Shown here: positions 47,791 to 61,149 of the stretch, piece after piece | Numbering within the stretch: position 1 is the first letter of the stretch | Layout of the letters: each line of letters starts with the position of its first letter | From: Lama guanicoe | Taxonomy: Eukaryota | DNA: 64,000 nt | Assembly (NCBI GenBank): GCA_013239625.1 | Contig: MU054400.1 | Location: forward strand, 603,146-667,145 | Direction of reading: 5' to 3' | Made by a program: the position numbers and the translations under genes | Notes under the pieces: model-generated | The model's input: only the letters and a program-made list of their open reading frames with translations | The model's database searches: none | What the model was told of the DNA's origin: nothing

Positions 47791-49098
47791 ATCTGTAGAG
47801 TTTGAGTCTCCCATTATTTATTTAATTAAGGTGTGCCTTTTTAATTGTTACTTGTTTGTGAAGTTGGGACTCTTGAATAGTTGTTCCCTCCCATAAGAAG
47901 ATTTAACACTCCTTGATTTGTTTTAGGTGACTGTGTCCCCTGACTATGTCCCCAGTCATAGTTACTATTTGAACAGAAGCCAAATAGCATCTTTGGTACT
48001 TCCTCTTGTGGGCTGTCCAGCTGGTGAGACCCTCTGCTAATAAAGAGCCAGAAAGATTGTTGATATCACTAGTCCTACTTATAAAATGACTTTTTGTAAG
48101 ACATCAGACACCATCTTCTTTTAGATTAGACGGAATTGGAGAAAGAAATTACATGGCCTAGAGTGGTGACAGTGTGTGCTAAAACTGTTTCCTCCCTTAA
48201 TTGATAGCACTGTAATTTTTAAGTAACTTTTTTTCAATAGAAGGGTACCCTTCATTGTAGAAATTTGGAAAGTACATGAACATAAGCAGAAGGAAAGAAA
48301 ATCTACCTAGATTCCTACTACCAGCAATAACAACCTTTAAGTGCTAATTTCTTATAGTTTCTTTCTCTGCTTGTGCATACATGGTATGTGTGCAAATAAT
48401 TTTTTACGAGAAAACAAATGATGTGTATATAGGTTATCCTTTTCCAGTTAATGCTGTTTGCCTGCATCATTGACTGTTTTTCTTCTGGTTGGATGGTTAT
48501 ATGGTTTCCAAATATTGTATAAAAACTATAGTGATGCAAGTCTTTGAGGTAGTATTACAAGTTGATATAAAACTTTGTTTAAAAAAAAAAAGCATTGTTG
48601 GAGCACTAGGCATTATATTAGTTTGGGTGGATTACCTAATTAGAGATATGAGGTTCATAAAATATAATACCTGTCCCCAGGAGCTCAGTTTACTGGAAAA
48701 ACAGTTTCACTATATGTATGAAGAGCCTTAAAAAATAATCTTACCCTTTGCCCCAAGAATACCACTACTGGGAATTTAGCATAGGAAATTATCTAAAATA
48801 TTATAAAGACATATACTGACCGCTTAGCAATGTAGAAAACGGCAATAATAATGGTAATGTTAAGTGGAAAATAGTGTTATAACTAAAATACCTACAGAGG
48901 AAAAAGACTGGAGGGATACATCAAATGATATTTGTGTTGGATTGATTAAACTGTTTTTCCCAACTTTTCTGTGTGTTTAATTTTTTAAGGTTTTTTTTTT
49001 TCCCCTAAAGAAAATTCTCTTGTTTAGTGTTAGAGATACTTTCTTCCTGAGGATTTCTGTCTGGCTTACATTTACCATTCTCAATTGACTCTAACAAG

Positions 49099-49192
49099 GT
49101 ATGAGCAGCAGCGGGACAATCTCGCCCAGCAGTCATTTAACATGGAACAAGCTAATTACACCATCCAGTCACTGAAGGACACCAAGACCACG
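49099..49192 (+). CDS. CHMP5: CHMP5 exon 4
   Basis: [34 protein letters not shown] acceptor and GTACTC donor. Confidence 0.96.
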
Positions 49193-49316
49193 GTACTCCC
49201 AAAGCACATTTTCCCATGATTTTTAATTTTTGTGCTCTTTTCCTGTGATTTTTAAGACAGTTTAACCAGCATTGCTTCTTAAGACATGATGTTTTTTTTC
49301 TTTCCTTTTTTTTTAG

Positions 49317-49388
49317 GTTGATGCTATGAAACTGGGAGTAAAGGAAATGAAGAAAGCTTACAAGCAGGTGAAAATCGACCAGATTGAG
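49317..49388 (+). CDS. CHMP5: CHMP5 exon 5
   Basis: [27 protein letters not shown] acceptor and GTGAGA donor. Confidence 0.97.
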
Positions 49389-49829
49389 GTGAGATGTATA
49401 CTGCAAGAATGTGCACTGGTTTCTGAAAGGATCAAGATGAATGTGTATATGATGGGAAGAGCCCAGAAGACAGATTATATCTTGTGCCTGCCATTTGCTG
49501 ATAGAGTAACTTCATGAAAGGGTACCAAAAGTCTCACTTCCCTTATTATTAATGCAAGGATTCTGATACCACATACAGTTATTATGAGGATGAAATAAAT
49601 GAGCTGGTATATCTAAACACACAATGCCTGGCATATAATAAACACCCAGTAAATAAGCACCCAGTTTCCTTTTACTTTTAACTCACTTGATGAATTTTAG
49701 TTGGTTGCCTCAGTTGTAAAGTAGTGGTGTTGCTGCCCATCTCCCAGGATTGTCATGAGTGTTAAATTCATAAAATGCTCAGCACGGTTCCTGGTGTAGA
49801 ATTGGTTCCCTTTAAGTAATTCTCTTGAG

Positions 49830-50222
49830 ATTTTTTTCTCCCCATTTTATTGAGGTACAATTGACATATAACATTATGTAAGTTTACAGTGTACATCGTG
49901 ATGATTTGATACATGTATATATTGTGAAATGATTACCACAAAAAGGTTAACACCTTCATAACCTCACATAATTATCATTTGTGTGTGTGTGTGGTGAGAA
50001 TATTTAAGATTTGCTTTCTTAGTAACTTTCAAGTGTATAATACAGTACTGTTAAATATAGCCACCATGCTACATTAGATCCCCAGAACTCAGTCATCTTT
50101 TTTCACAGTTATACTCCATTTATAGTTATTATTAAATGTTGGCTACATTCCCTGTGTTGTACAATATATTCTTGCAATTATTTTATACATAGTAGTTTGT
50201 ACCTCTTAATCCCTACCCCTGT
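49830..50222 (-). mobile_element. L1 3'-end fragments
   Basis: ttttattgaggtacaattgacatataacatt...ttgtacctcttaatccc. Confidence 0.8.
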
Positions 50223-52623
50223 CTCTTTAGATACTTAATAATACTTTAGATACTCTTTAGATACCTAAGAATCATTAGGTCCTTACAGTTAGCATTTTCT
50301 TTTGAGATCATGCTTTGGCTGGGGAGATGAGCCCTAAGAGCTTGGCTCCTCTCACCTCTGTCACTTGAACAGCCCAGCTGGCAAGCAGGGACAGCACGGG
50401 GAGTGGTGTCTGGCCAGAGGAAACCTCTTCCTTTCTGCATATGTGAGAGTGCTTTTCACCTCTGCCCCTGCACAGAATGTCTCTTCCTGTGAGGGCAGGA
50501 ACTGGATTTTGTTCACTGTTGTATCCCCAGTACCCTAAACAATGCCTGGCCATAGCTGGTGCTCAAAGTATTTAATGGTTAATGAACAGATGAACGAGAG
50601 GCTATTCAAGCAGTTCTGCCCAATTCAAGCAGTATTTGTTGGTTCAGTAGTTACTGTGTATCCAGCATTTTACTGCCTCTGCAGAGGTGTTCTCTGGGAG
50701 TTCTGGTCTTGAGTAATGCAGACACTCTTCTCATCTAGCTTTTCCCCCACTTAGACCACCCTGGGCCCTCTCTGTAATTGGCCACCAGTCTCTGCTTACA
50801 GAATGATATCTTCCAGGAGATTCACTGAGAATAATGTTCGTGTAGGCTTGTCTTATTTGTACAACACTGTTTGATCATAAAATGTAATGAAATAGAATTT
50901 TATTTTCTGCTTTTAGGGTTGCTTGTGTTTTAATCAGTGCTATTTAATAAACAAAATAGAAATTTTGGTCTTTCTGGGTTTTTGTATGTCTCTTCATCTT
51001 TCACCTGGGGTTGTCTGGCTGTCCCCACACTTAATTATCCTTTTCCTGACCCCTAATAGATTTGCCTGCATGACAGATGGAGAGCCCCTTTCTAACCTTT
51101 TTGATGTATATGGGTATATGTCTTTGGCTGGGGTATATGTTTTGAGTTTCTTCTGTTTTCCTAAAATAATTTACTTGTAAAACATTGTCATTGTTTCATA
51201 GTGCTCATTTAAAATTTTTTGCCTCTGTGTGTGTGTTCACCTGTCTGTATCTTTATTTTCCAGTTTCTGCACATCAAATCTAATGCTTGTATTTGTTGTT
51301 TTGTACTGCTTTTGTTCATCTTTCCAGAATTGAACCTGCTAATTCTCTGTGGTGACTTTTTTTTTCCTCTGCTATCCTAGAATCTATTGCTAGGAATCCT
51401 ATTCATAGGTGATTTTGGGAGACTTGTTTTGATATTTAAAAGCATAATAGAAGCTTGGTTTGATTAGTTTATGCTATTTTTACTCTCTTATTGTTTCAGC
51501 CAATGCTCCTCTGTATAGCAGATGGTTACACATGTACAGGATGATAGTTTGGCCCTTAGAAGTATAGAAAAACAAAGCATTTCCTTTTCAAAAAATATTT
51601 TTCTCCATTTTACTTTCTACCCTTATATGGAAAAAACAAGCCTCTAACTTGGGAGCCAGGAAGGAGTTTTTAAATGTTTTGCACTAGAAATTCTGGAGGA
51701 TAAGTTGTGCTGATTTGGACCGTCTGCATTATCAACACTAGTCCATTCCCCTCTATGTGGAATTTTCAGTGTGTGAAGAACATTTTGTTCTGTACATCCC
51801 TAACACAATAGAGGATATATAGTAGTAAGTGTTTCGTGTTTGACATGTTATTGCAATAAATCCTTACAATAATCCTATGACATATTTATTGATAATCCCA
51901 TTTTATAGATGAGGAAATTAAGGCTAAGAGACATTACTTTTCACTGAGTAATGGCCAAATTTTACCTTAGATATGTTTGACTCTGTAGTCTGCTCTTCTA
52001 ACTGTTATACTGGCTGTCCTTTATTATACTGTACCACTTCTCAGATTGGTTTTTATGTTCTTTCTGGCCTTGCAGTAGTTGCCCATTTAAGTACAAGCAG
52101 ATCATTCACAGATGATTTATACCCAGTCAGTTTTTTTCACCAGGCTGATCTCAGATATCAAGCCTTTCTTGATTCCATTCTGTTTCTCCACCTAGGGTGG
52201 GACCAGTATAACCTTTTGTACCCAGTTGTTTCCACTACTGCTTCCTTTCCCTACACAGTGTAGTCAGTTTGGGGCTGACTCAAGAAGAGTAATTTACTTG
52301 TCTCAATTATCTCCTTTTCTCCATTAACTAGAAAAATTTTGATAGTGTAAATGTTGCTTGATTTCATGTTTTAGGTAAACTTTCTATAACGACGGAAAGC
52401 TGGTGGGCATCTATTCTTGCAATAAGAGTTTGGATTTCCACAGAGCACCTTAAATTCAAGTGCAAGATTGCCAATTCTGTTCTTCTTTATTTTTAAGTTT
52501 ACATTTTTACCACCAGAAATAGGAGAAGGATCATATGGATCATTGCTTATTTCTAAGATTTAGTGGAGAGAGTTAGAGAAAAATGGTAAGAAATAAATAA
52601 AACCCTGTCATATATTTTTGTAG

Positions 52624-52732
52624 GATCTACAAGACCAGCTAGAGGATATGATGGAAGATGCAAATGAAATCCAAGAAGCACTGAGCCGCAGTTATGGTAC
52701 CCCAGAGTTAGATGAAGATGACCTAGAAGCAG
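52624..52732 (+). CDS. CHMP5: CHMP5 exon 6
   Basis: [39 protein letters not shown] acceptor and GTAAGT donor. Confidence 0.97.
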
Positions 52733-53386
52733 GTAAGTTATGGCAAAAGAAATATATGTGTAGCTTTAGAGTCTGACAGGAGCAACTGCTTGGGACCTTT
52801 TCTTCCAAATACTAGAGAAAATCCTGTGAGGGTTCCCTGAGATTTAGTTTATGATATAGTCTCTTGGCAAAGAACTTGTGAGGTGGCCACATCAGATTGT
52901 ATACCCCACCAACTCTGGGATGGGCAAGCTCTGAAGGAAAGTCCGGGCAAAGGCCTCTGCTGACCTGGTACTTGATATCCAAACACTGCCATTCCCTGCT
53001 GCTTTCCTTTGGATTTTTCTCTTTATTTTCCTACTTGGAGTCCTCTCCCTCAGAACAGCAAAGCAGATCAAGAAACAGGAGTTGGTAAATACTTAGTGTG
53101 CATCTACTAAGCCAAGCACTGTGTTAAGGTGCTGAGGATTCACCATTGAAGAAAACAAACACAATCCCTGCATTCTTGAAGCTTACAAGAGCACAGACTG
53201 TTGGGAAAGGGAAGTATGGGGTACCATAGGAGCACATAGCCGGCAAGTCTAACCTAGTTGGGAGCAGGGTATGGGCATAGGACCTGAAGGATGAGTAGGG
53301 GTTAGCAAGAAAAAATGGGAGGGGTTGTTGGAAGGCCTTGCAGAGAATAGTCCATTGCTGTAGTCCATTTCAGAAACAATAGTGGC

Positions 53387-53539
53387 GTAGCACAAGATCT
53401 TATGGTAGCTCACAGAGAAAAAAATGTGACAATGAATATACATATGTTCATGTATAACTGAAGAACTGTGCTCTACACTGGAATTTGACACAACATTGTA
53501 AAATGATTATAAATCAATAAAAAATGTTACACAAAAAAA
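53387..53539 (+). mobile_element. Young 5'-truncated L1 3' end with 15-bp TSD
   Basis: TSD AGAAACAATAGTGGC (53372-53386) / AGAAATAATAGTGGC (53540-53554); AATAAA plus A tail. Confidence 0.85.
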
Positions 53540-53921
53540 AGAAATAATAGTGGCTAAGATTAAGGTGGTGGTAGCAAAAACAGAAGTAGACAGATTGAAG
53601 AAATTTTAGGACGTTGAATGGACACGATTGATTGGATGTGGAGAGAGAGGGAGGTGTCAAAGATGTCTGTCAATTTCTAACATGAGTAACTCGGTAGATG
53701 GCAGGACCATCTCACACTGGATTTTCTGTTGCATGATTCCCCTGTCACATTATTACTACTACTTTCTCTCTACCTCCTGTTTTGCCTAGAACCTCTCCCA
53801 CCCACCCCCATTTACTTTTTTATTTTCTTATTTCTTATCTTGAGTTTCCCTGATGAGTCTCTACCCTGCTATTGCCATTCTTCCTGGTCACTTCCAGCTC
53901 ACTTTGCCATAGACTTATTTT

Positions 53922-54101
53922 TATTTTTATTTTTATTTATTTTTTAAAAAAAATATTTAATCTATTTATTATTGTATGATTTTTGTTTTGGCAGGGGGAA
54001 GTAATTAGGCTTATTTATCTTTAGAGGAGGTACTAGGGATTGAACCCAGGACCTTGTACATGCTAAGCATGTGCTCTGCCACTTGAGCTATACCCTCCCC
54101 C
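53922..54101 (-). mobile_element. Vic-1-like SINE with 17-bp TSD
   Basis: TSD TGCCATAGACTTATTTT (53905-53921) / TGTCATAGACTTATTTT (54102-54118). Confidence 0.9.
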
Positions 54102-54546
54102 TGTCATAGACTTATTTTTAAAGCCTGGTCTCATGTCATGGTCACTAACTACACAACAATCTCATGCCTCCTTTCAAGTTCATCAATGAATAAGAGAGAA
54201 TTTTTTGCATTTGTTATTGTTAGGATTTTCTAATTTGAATTGGCCAGTTGATAACTATGGAGTCTTCTCATGAAGACCAGGTCCTTTGTAAACCTGTAGG
54301 GAATGATGGTTTTCTTCATTGGTCTTATTTTAATTTTTGTTTTTCATAGATTTTACCACATCGGTCCCCTTGAAAAGTTCTTATGATGGTCTTTTATTTT
54401 GCAAATAGAAAGTAATAAACCCTTTCTTTCTTTTTGTTTTTAAATTCTTATCTTACTGCAAATAATTTGGCTAACTTTCTTAACATTAGCTGCCAGTTTT
54501 CTTGCTAATTTTTTTTTTTTTGAAATGTTGACTGTTTCAATCTCAG

Positions 54547-54659
54547 AGTTGGATGCACTGGGCGATGAGCTTCTGGCTGATGAAGACAGTTCTTATTTGG
54601 ATGAAGCGGCAGCTGCACCTGCAATTCCAGAAGGTGTTCCCACTGACACAAAGAACAAG
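54547..54659 (+). CDS. CHMP5: CHMP5 exon 7
   Basis: (E)[40 protein letters not shown] acceptor and GTGAAA donor. Confidence 0.96.
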
Positions 54660-55092
54660 GTGAAAGCTTTTTCTGTTTATATTTTCTATGCAAATTGGTA
54701 AAGGTTTTATGCTTGGTCACCAGTCTGGGAATCTAAAAGGTATTCTTAAGTAAGAACAAGGAAAGGCTGTCTCTGTCATTATTTTGGGAACCCTTGAAAA
54801 CCCAGTTTTCTTGCATTGGATTGTGCATAGGCTGCGTAAATAGTGTCACCGAGGCCAAGGGTGTTTTTGTGTAATAGTAATTTGTACAGCATAATCACCC
54901 TTGTTGTGAGCTTGCACTGAGTGCCTTTTACAGCTCTTAGACATTTCCCTGGGAAAGCAGCAGCAACACGTGCATGAACCGTGCTGGGCAGCAGTGTGAA
55001 ATGAAGTTCTGCTCTGGACACCGTGCTTAATAATAGGGTGGATTTTTTTTTTAAACTAGGGGTTCATAATTTAAGTATAAAACAATGTAGAA

Positions 55093-55242
55093 TGTATTGT
55101 TCAACACTAGGAAAATAGCCAATATTTTGTAATAACTAAATGGAAAGTAACCTTTAAAATTATATAAAAATAATAAATGTTTTAAAAAATGAAATCTTCT
55201 TAAAAAAAAAATGAAATCTTCTAACTCTGAAAAAATAAAAAG
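55093..55242 (+). mobile_element. Short L1 3'-end insert with 14-bp TSD
   Basis: atagccaatattttgtaataact...aacctttaaaatt; TSD AAAACAATGTAGAA / AAAACAACGTAGAA. Confidence 0.75.
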
Positions 55243-55290
55243 AAAACAACGTAGAAGGATTCTAATCCAAAGGGTAAAAGAATTGTGAGA

Positions 55291-55405
55291 GGGGAGGGTA
55301 TGGCTCAGTGGTAGACTGCATGCCTGGCTTCAATTCCCAGTACCTCTGTTTAAAAAATAAACAAATAAATAAGCCTAAAATGATCTCCCCTCCTTAAGAA
55401 AAAAA
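55291..55405 (+). mobile_element. Vic-1-like SINE, internally deleted
   Basis: ggggagggtatggctcagtggtaga...ttcaattcccagtacctc; TSD AAAAGAATTGTGAGA / AAAAGAATCGTAAGA. Confidence 0.85.
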
Positions 55406-55624
55406 AAGAATCGTAAGATCTGGATTTAAGTCTGAGGCTTAAACTGCAACTATGAGACTCTGGCGAATATTTTGAACTTTTCTGTTCCTTGCATCTATAA
55501 AATGCAGAGAATTATAATTAGCTCACATAACTCTTCTATGGATCAAATTAGATCTTGTATGGAAAATGACTTTGTGAACTTAAAGCCCTGTTCAAACCTA
55601 TGTGGTTGTCATTATAAATAGATA

Positions 55625-55720
55625 CTATTTTTTTATTTTAATGGAGGTACTGGGAGTTGAACCTAGGACTTCATGCATGCTAAGCCCATGCTGTACCAGT
55701 GGGCTCCTCCCCACCCCGCA
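55625..55720 (-). mobile_element. Vic-1-like SINE with perfect 20-bp TSD
   Basis: GTTGTCATTATAAATAGATA at 55605-55624 and 55721-55740. Confidence 0.88.
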
Positions 55721-56791
55721 GTTGTCATTATAAATAGATAAAATTTTGCTGCTTATGAAATCCTATTCACCCCACCTTATAGTTCCTGGTATAATGTGTT
55801 GTTTTTTCTGTTGCCACTGGCCATTTACAGCCCTGGTGTTGATCCACTCCCAACGTGCACATTGAGGTGCACAGTGTAGTTGAGAAAATCCTGGAGTGGG
55901 AGCCAGTCTTGTGTGACTTTGAGCAAATCAGAAATTTGTGTCTTCTCTCTGAACCTCATGTTTTTCCTACCTATAAAATGTGGGGAACAAGAGGTGGAAA
56001 ATAGGTAATTTATCAGATCCTTTACAGCTGATTCTGAAGAATGTGTGTCTTCCCTTACTTTACCCCCCATTCTTCCCTTGAGCCTTCCTTGGGGTCGTCT
56101 TACCTTTCTCCACTGCCCACACCACCCTGGCCTCTCTGGCCACTTTAGGGTGCCAGGTGCATAGTTTGCTTTTTCTCAGCATACCTAAAATAATTTTTAT
56201 TAACACTACCATAGCCCACCTTCTCAAATCCCTAGTAACAAGTCCCTGAAGCATGTATGTCATTTCCACTTTTAGAAGGTCACATATTCCTGACTTAAAT
56301 GTGCTGTTGAGGTATGGTTTGTGACTCAGTAGCGGTATTGCTGCCTATAGGTTTGTGGTAAAGTGTGATGTGAAAGTGACTGCCTGTCCTAGGGCATTGC
56401 TCCTTCAGGGACTGGGGAGGCTACAAAAGGTATTGATTCACTTTAGGGATCAGAGTGAAAGTGGGAATCTGGAGGTGAGGGCTCACTCCTCAGCCTTTCC
56501 TTCTGGATCCTCCCAGCCCCTTTTCCCCCTTCCTAGATTTACTGCTAAGTTTCTCTTTCTCACTCTTCCTTTATTCTGCAAAGCGTTGCCCCTTTTGATC
56601 CCTTCCACTTTTCCTGATTTATCACTTCCCCCTTTACCTTTCATAAAAAAAAAATTCTCATCTTATCAATGGGATTTTTGTTTTCATTGATTAAACACTT
56701 GGAAATGAGTTTTGACTACTACAGTTTTGTAATCATTTTTTTTTTTATCAGTTGAAAAATAGTGGCACTAAACATTGCTTCCTTTTCACAG

Positions 56792-56842
56792 GATGGAGTC
56801 CTTGTGGATGAATTTGGATTGCCACAGATCCCTGCTTCATAG
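56792..56842 (+). CDS. CHMP5: CHMP5 exon 8 (last coding exon)
   Basis: DGVLVDEFGLPQIPAS-TAG; CAG acceptor. Confidence 0.96.
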   Translation, partial: DGVLVDEFGLPQIPAS

Positions 56843-57471
56843 ACTTGCATCATTCAAGTACATCGTGTAAAATAAACACATATTCTGGGACTAGGAAATA
56901 TTTACCTTTCCAAGTTTGCCATAACAGATTTAGGTTTCTTTCCTGTCTTTGGAGGAAAAGTTAATTACATTGCTCTTATTTTTTTTTCCATTAAGAGACT
57001 CATTGCTTGGAGGATGTTTTCTTTGTACTAAATTTTTATTCCTCCTTTCTTATGAAAGACTAACTTACTTAAAATTATCAGTGGGTATGTATGACTTCCT
57101 TCCTTGAAAATAATTTTGAAATAAAACCAGGAAATGGGAATCTTTAAATACTAGGAAAGCATATCTCCACAATCTCAAATTGACCTGATCAGTTGCTAAA
57201 ACAAAGATGAGATTTGTGGGACTGTTCATATTATGACTCAAAACCATTTTCTCTTGTGGTATTATAGGTTGGTTAAAGTGACGGCCTTTTTTGGTGAGTT
57301 TTGTTGTGTCTTGTGTGTAACTCATTACTGTGTCCAATATTGGAATGGAATTACCACTACTGTATCATGGGTGGATATTTTGATTCTATGGTTCCTTCAG
57401 TATTACAGCTGACTTGTAATCAACAATGAATATTCCTTGATATTTAATGTATAGGACATTTATTTATACTC

Positions 57472-57477
57472 AATAAA
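57472..57477 (+). terminator. Probable CHMP5 distal polyadenylation signal
   Basis: AATAAA ending an AU-rich 3' UTR-like tract with upstream TGTA motifs; further AATAAA at 56871 and 57120. Confidence 0.6.
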
Positions 57478-60000
57478 TATTTTTCAAAAGGTTATAATTT
57501 TAATAATATCACTTCAGCCTGAAACCTCCACTACAGAAGCCAAATTTAATATAATTTTTATGTCAACTCGGCCTTAAAGACTTCACTGCAAAAATTGAAT
57601 TTAACTGGTAGCATTGTGGTGTAGAAGGAAGAGCGAGGAGCGGTCTAGGCTTGGGCCCTGGCTCTGCCAGTAATAATTAGGCCATCTACTCACGCCTCTG
57701 AACTTCTGTTCCTTACTAGTAAAATTGTGCTTACCTCACAAGGCTTTTGTGAGGAATAATTGAGATAATTGTCTTGAGTACTAACTGCCAATCTCATATG
57801 AGGGATCATTAACAATAAAAAACAGGAGCTTTATTCTTTCCTCGGGAGGTGCCGGGAGTGCTGCAGCAAGTCCAGATCCCTGCCTGATTTCAAGGTCTTT
57901 AATGATCCATTCTGCCTTCCCTAAACTCTCGCCCACAGTGTTCCCTCCTCCAGCCTCACTGGGAGCCTCACAGTGCCACGTGCACCAGCCTTCCATGTGT
58001 CAGCAGATCAATCCAATAAACATTTATTGAACACCAGCCCTGTAGAGTCTCTGTACCAGTCCAGGGGATACCAAAAACAGTCACAGCTCCTCTCTTCAAA
58101 ACCTCCCTGTCTAGCTGTAAGTGAGGATGAGACATGTATGTAACCCTCTCCCACCCCCACTTACGTCACCCTTGAAGAAGCCTTCCAGTGGAGTGAGCAT
58201 TACACCATCCATCATCATCTTCTTGAAACCTTCCTTGGCTTCCTTACAAGTTCTCACTCAGCCCTTTAAATATTCCTTCCATCATAGTTCCAGTCTTGGA
58301 CTTCTTCTCACCCTTCATACTTACCTTTCAGATAGCTCACACCCATGATTTTAACTATTATCTATGAACTGATGACTCAACTGTGACTTGCCTAGACCTC
58401 TTTCCTTATTCCTATTTTTAGTTCTGGGTATTTCCAATTAAATATGCTGCCACTACCTAAAATCTAACATCTAAATTAAGCTCATTGCTTAATTTAGCTT
58501 GACCTTCACACTCAGCACACATTCCTGCTTTATTTCTTATCTTGCCCAGTGTTAGCGACCTGGATATTGCCAGTTTTAGTGGGTGATATTTAGTCCTCCA
58601 GCGGGGCCTCTTTAGTACATCGGATAGGAGTGAACAACCATTCTGCCAAAATCTCTATTCCCTTGACCTTCATGGTGATACTCTCTGGTTCTCCTGTTCT
58701 GACTATTCCCTCCGAGACTCCTGAAATCCTTATCGCTCCAACCCTGTAATGTTAGTGTTCCTCAGTCTTTATCCACCATACTTCTTTTTCTGCTCACTTA
58801 TATTTAATGAGCTCAGCTGTTCTCATGGCTTTACCTGCTGACTTCTAAATCTATATTTGTATCCTGGATCTTGCCCCTGAGTTTCAGAATCCTGTTTATA
58901 ACCAGCTGTTTGCCTGTCTGTCATTTGGATGTTCCAGAAACCCACAAATACTTCATATTCAGTGGCTGAGACAGCCATTACTTTTCCCCCCGACCTGAAT
59001 CTCCTGCTTTGCTTGCCTCAGCTAACAGAACCATTATCCTCCATCGTTCAAAACAGAAAGCTCTTGCATTGTCCTTGATGCCTACACTTTGACTCATCCT
59101 ACACATTCAATTAATCACTAAACCCTCCTTTTAATCCCTGAGTGTGTCTGAATTCCAACCTCTCCTTCCCTCTCTCAGCTCTCTGGCCTAGACATCCCTA
59201 GACTATAGTCTTTTGGAATAATTGCCTTGCTTTTCTCTTCTTGCATAGTTTCACTTCCTTAAGTCCATTCATCACACACAGCTATACTTACCTTTTTAAA
59301 ATGCAAATCTGACCCTTACTTAAAGTCATGGTTCCCTGATGCCTCCAGCAGGACATAAAAAGCTGCCTATGACTTGGCCCTTGCCTCTCTGTAATGGTTT
59401 ATTGCTTAGTCTTTTCAGAACAGCTTAGTCTTTTCAGAACAGCATTGTCTTTCAGTTAGAAAACTGCCTCCTCGATTTTAAATGTATGATTATTGGAAAA
59501 ATACCGATTAGAATAGCCTATCTTTCCTTTCCTATTGTGGGTGTAGGCTTGTGACCATGCTGTGCCTACTGAAGTTCATTTCTTGAATTTCCTAAATGGA
59601 AACTAGGGGAAATGCTTTGCTGTTGTTGATTTTAACAGTTAGTCTGAGATACTTAGGCAAGAGAGCAGCAAAAATGAGAGGCAGAATGAAAGCCTCTTCG
59701 TGGCACTGAGCTCTGACTTCCAGTCCTTGAGATTCTTAGAGTGCTTCAAGTCTCTGTAACTCTTCCTTTAATTCTGGGAGCTGAGAATTCTGCCTGTGAC
59801 CTGCCTTTTCTGCTTAAACTAGTTGGAGTTGGGTTCCTGTCACTTGCTGGTAAGAGTCCTGAAAAATTTCTCTGCAGCCTCACTTTGTGCCATGTCCCAC
59901 TTTGTAATTTTCTGCTCTAATAATTGCTTCTAGTTCCCCTGCATCCACCATTCAGTCATGATTCCCTGCCTCTGCTCATACAGTTTCCCCTCCCTGGAAC

Positions 60001-60491
60001 TGTAACCAAGCAGTGGCCTCCTGTGTCCCTGGGCAGAAAGCCAAACTCTGACAGCAAGTGTTGCAGCAACATACGGGCTTATTGCAGGGCTCCAAGCAAG
60101 GGAGTTGGGGACAAGCCTCAGATCCACTCCAGCTTGGTCTTCGAGTTAGGGGTTTTTAAAGGGGAAGAACAAAGCAGCTAGGGTTAATCATCATCTTCTG
60201 ACATTTCTTAATCATAGTTTTGGGAGTCAAGGTGCCTATGGTTTACAAGTCTGGTCTGGTGGTCCTTGACCTGAGGATCTGTTAGCTCATCTTGCCCTGG
60301 AGGAACAAGCTGAGTCTGTAAGTCAAGGATGTTATCAACAACAGTAATTTTAGTCATCTGACTCTGGTTGATTAGTGTTCAGTTAGCACAGGATGGAGGT
60401 CAGAGAGGACAAAAAAGGGAATGAAGTATTGGATAGGGAGGTTAATCATAAACTCAGCAGGGGAACTTGGTTTTAGGGGAACTCAGTTTCA
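60001..60491 (-). mobile_element. ERV1-class solo LTR, 4-bp TSD GAAC, same family as 15860-16385
   Basis: GAAC|TGTAACC...GTTTCA|GAAC; reverse complement aligns with the LTR at 15860. Confidence 0.9.
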
Positions 60492-61149
60492 GAACTTCGT
60501 TAACACCTTTGTCATTCTGCTGATTCTTGTACTGGGAAAAGACCGAAAGCCAGGCCCCGGTCTTTGTCGATCCCAATGAATTTAAGGAAAGTGGATAGGA
60601 TGAACCCTGCGGTAGAGAGCCCCAAGCACACAAAGCCTCTGGTGATCACTCTTGTAACCACCACCAGATAGCACTTCTGGTCAATATCTCACCTGTTAAC
60701 CGTCAGAAGAACTGAGTGTTGGTGGTCTCTTTAGGTGGTAATGTAGCAGCCCTGGGAGTTTAGCAGAGGTGGAGGAGATCAAAATGATCCAATAGAAAAA
60801 GTTTGGCACTTTTATCTCTATTATCTATATCTTTTAGCTTTCCTTTTGTATGTTCTTATATCACCTAGAACATTTGTTTGTTTTATTGCTGCCTGGGTCC
60901 TGCTCCTGTAGATTTTATATAACACATCTAGATACAGTGTGGGCACCTGGATTTTTTAGGGGGGAAGTCACTTGGATTTTATGAAGTTCCCCAGTTGGTT
61001 CTTAGGCATAGCCAAAGTTAACAACTGCTGCCCTAGGGTGCCTGATCAGTCAACCTGTTTTCATGGACAAGCAAGTCTGCCTGTTGCCATAAATTTCTGC
61101 GATGAAGAGATAGGCAATGATTGCCCTAAGGCAGAGTTTTCATCCAGAG

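Larger units (their letters stand above)
44779..56842 (+). other. CHMP5: CHMP5 gene span (8 coding exons, 660 nt, 219 aa; ESCRT-III Snf7-family Vps60 orthologue)
   Basis: Exons of 69+105+47+94+72+109+113+51 nt splice in frame from MNRFFGK to DEFGLPQIPAS. Confidence 0.97.
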
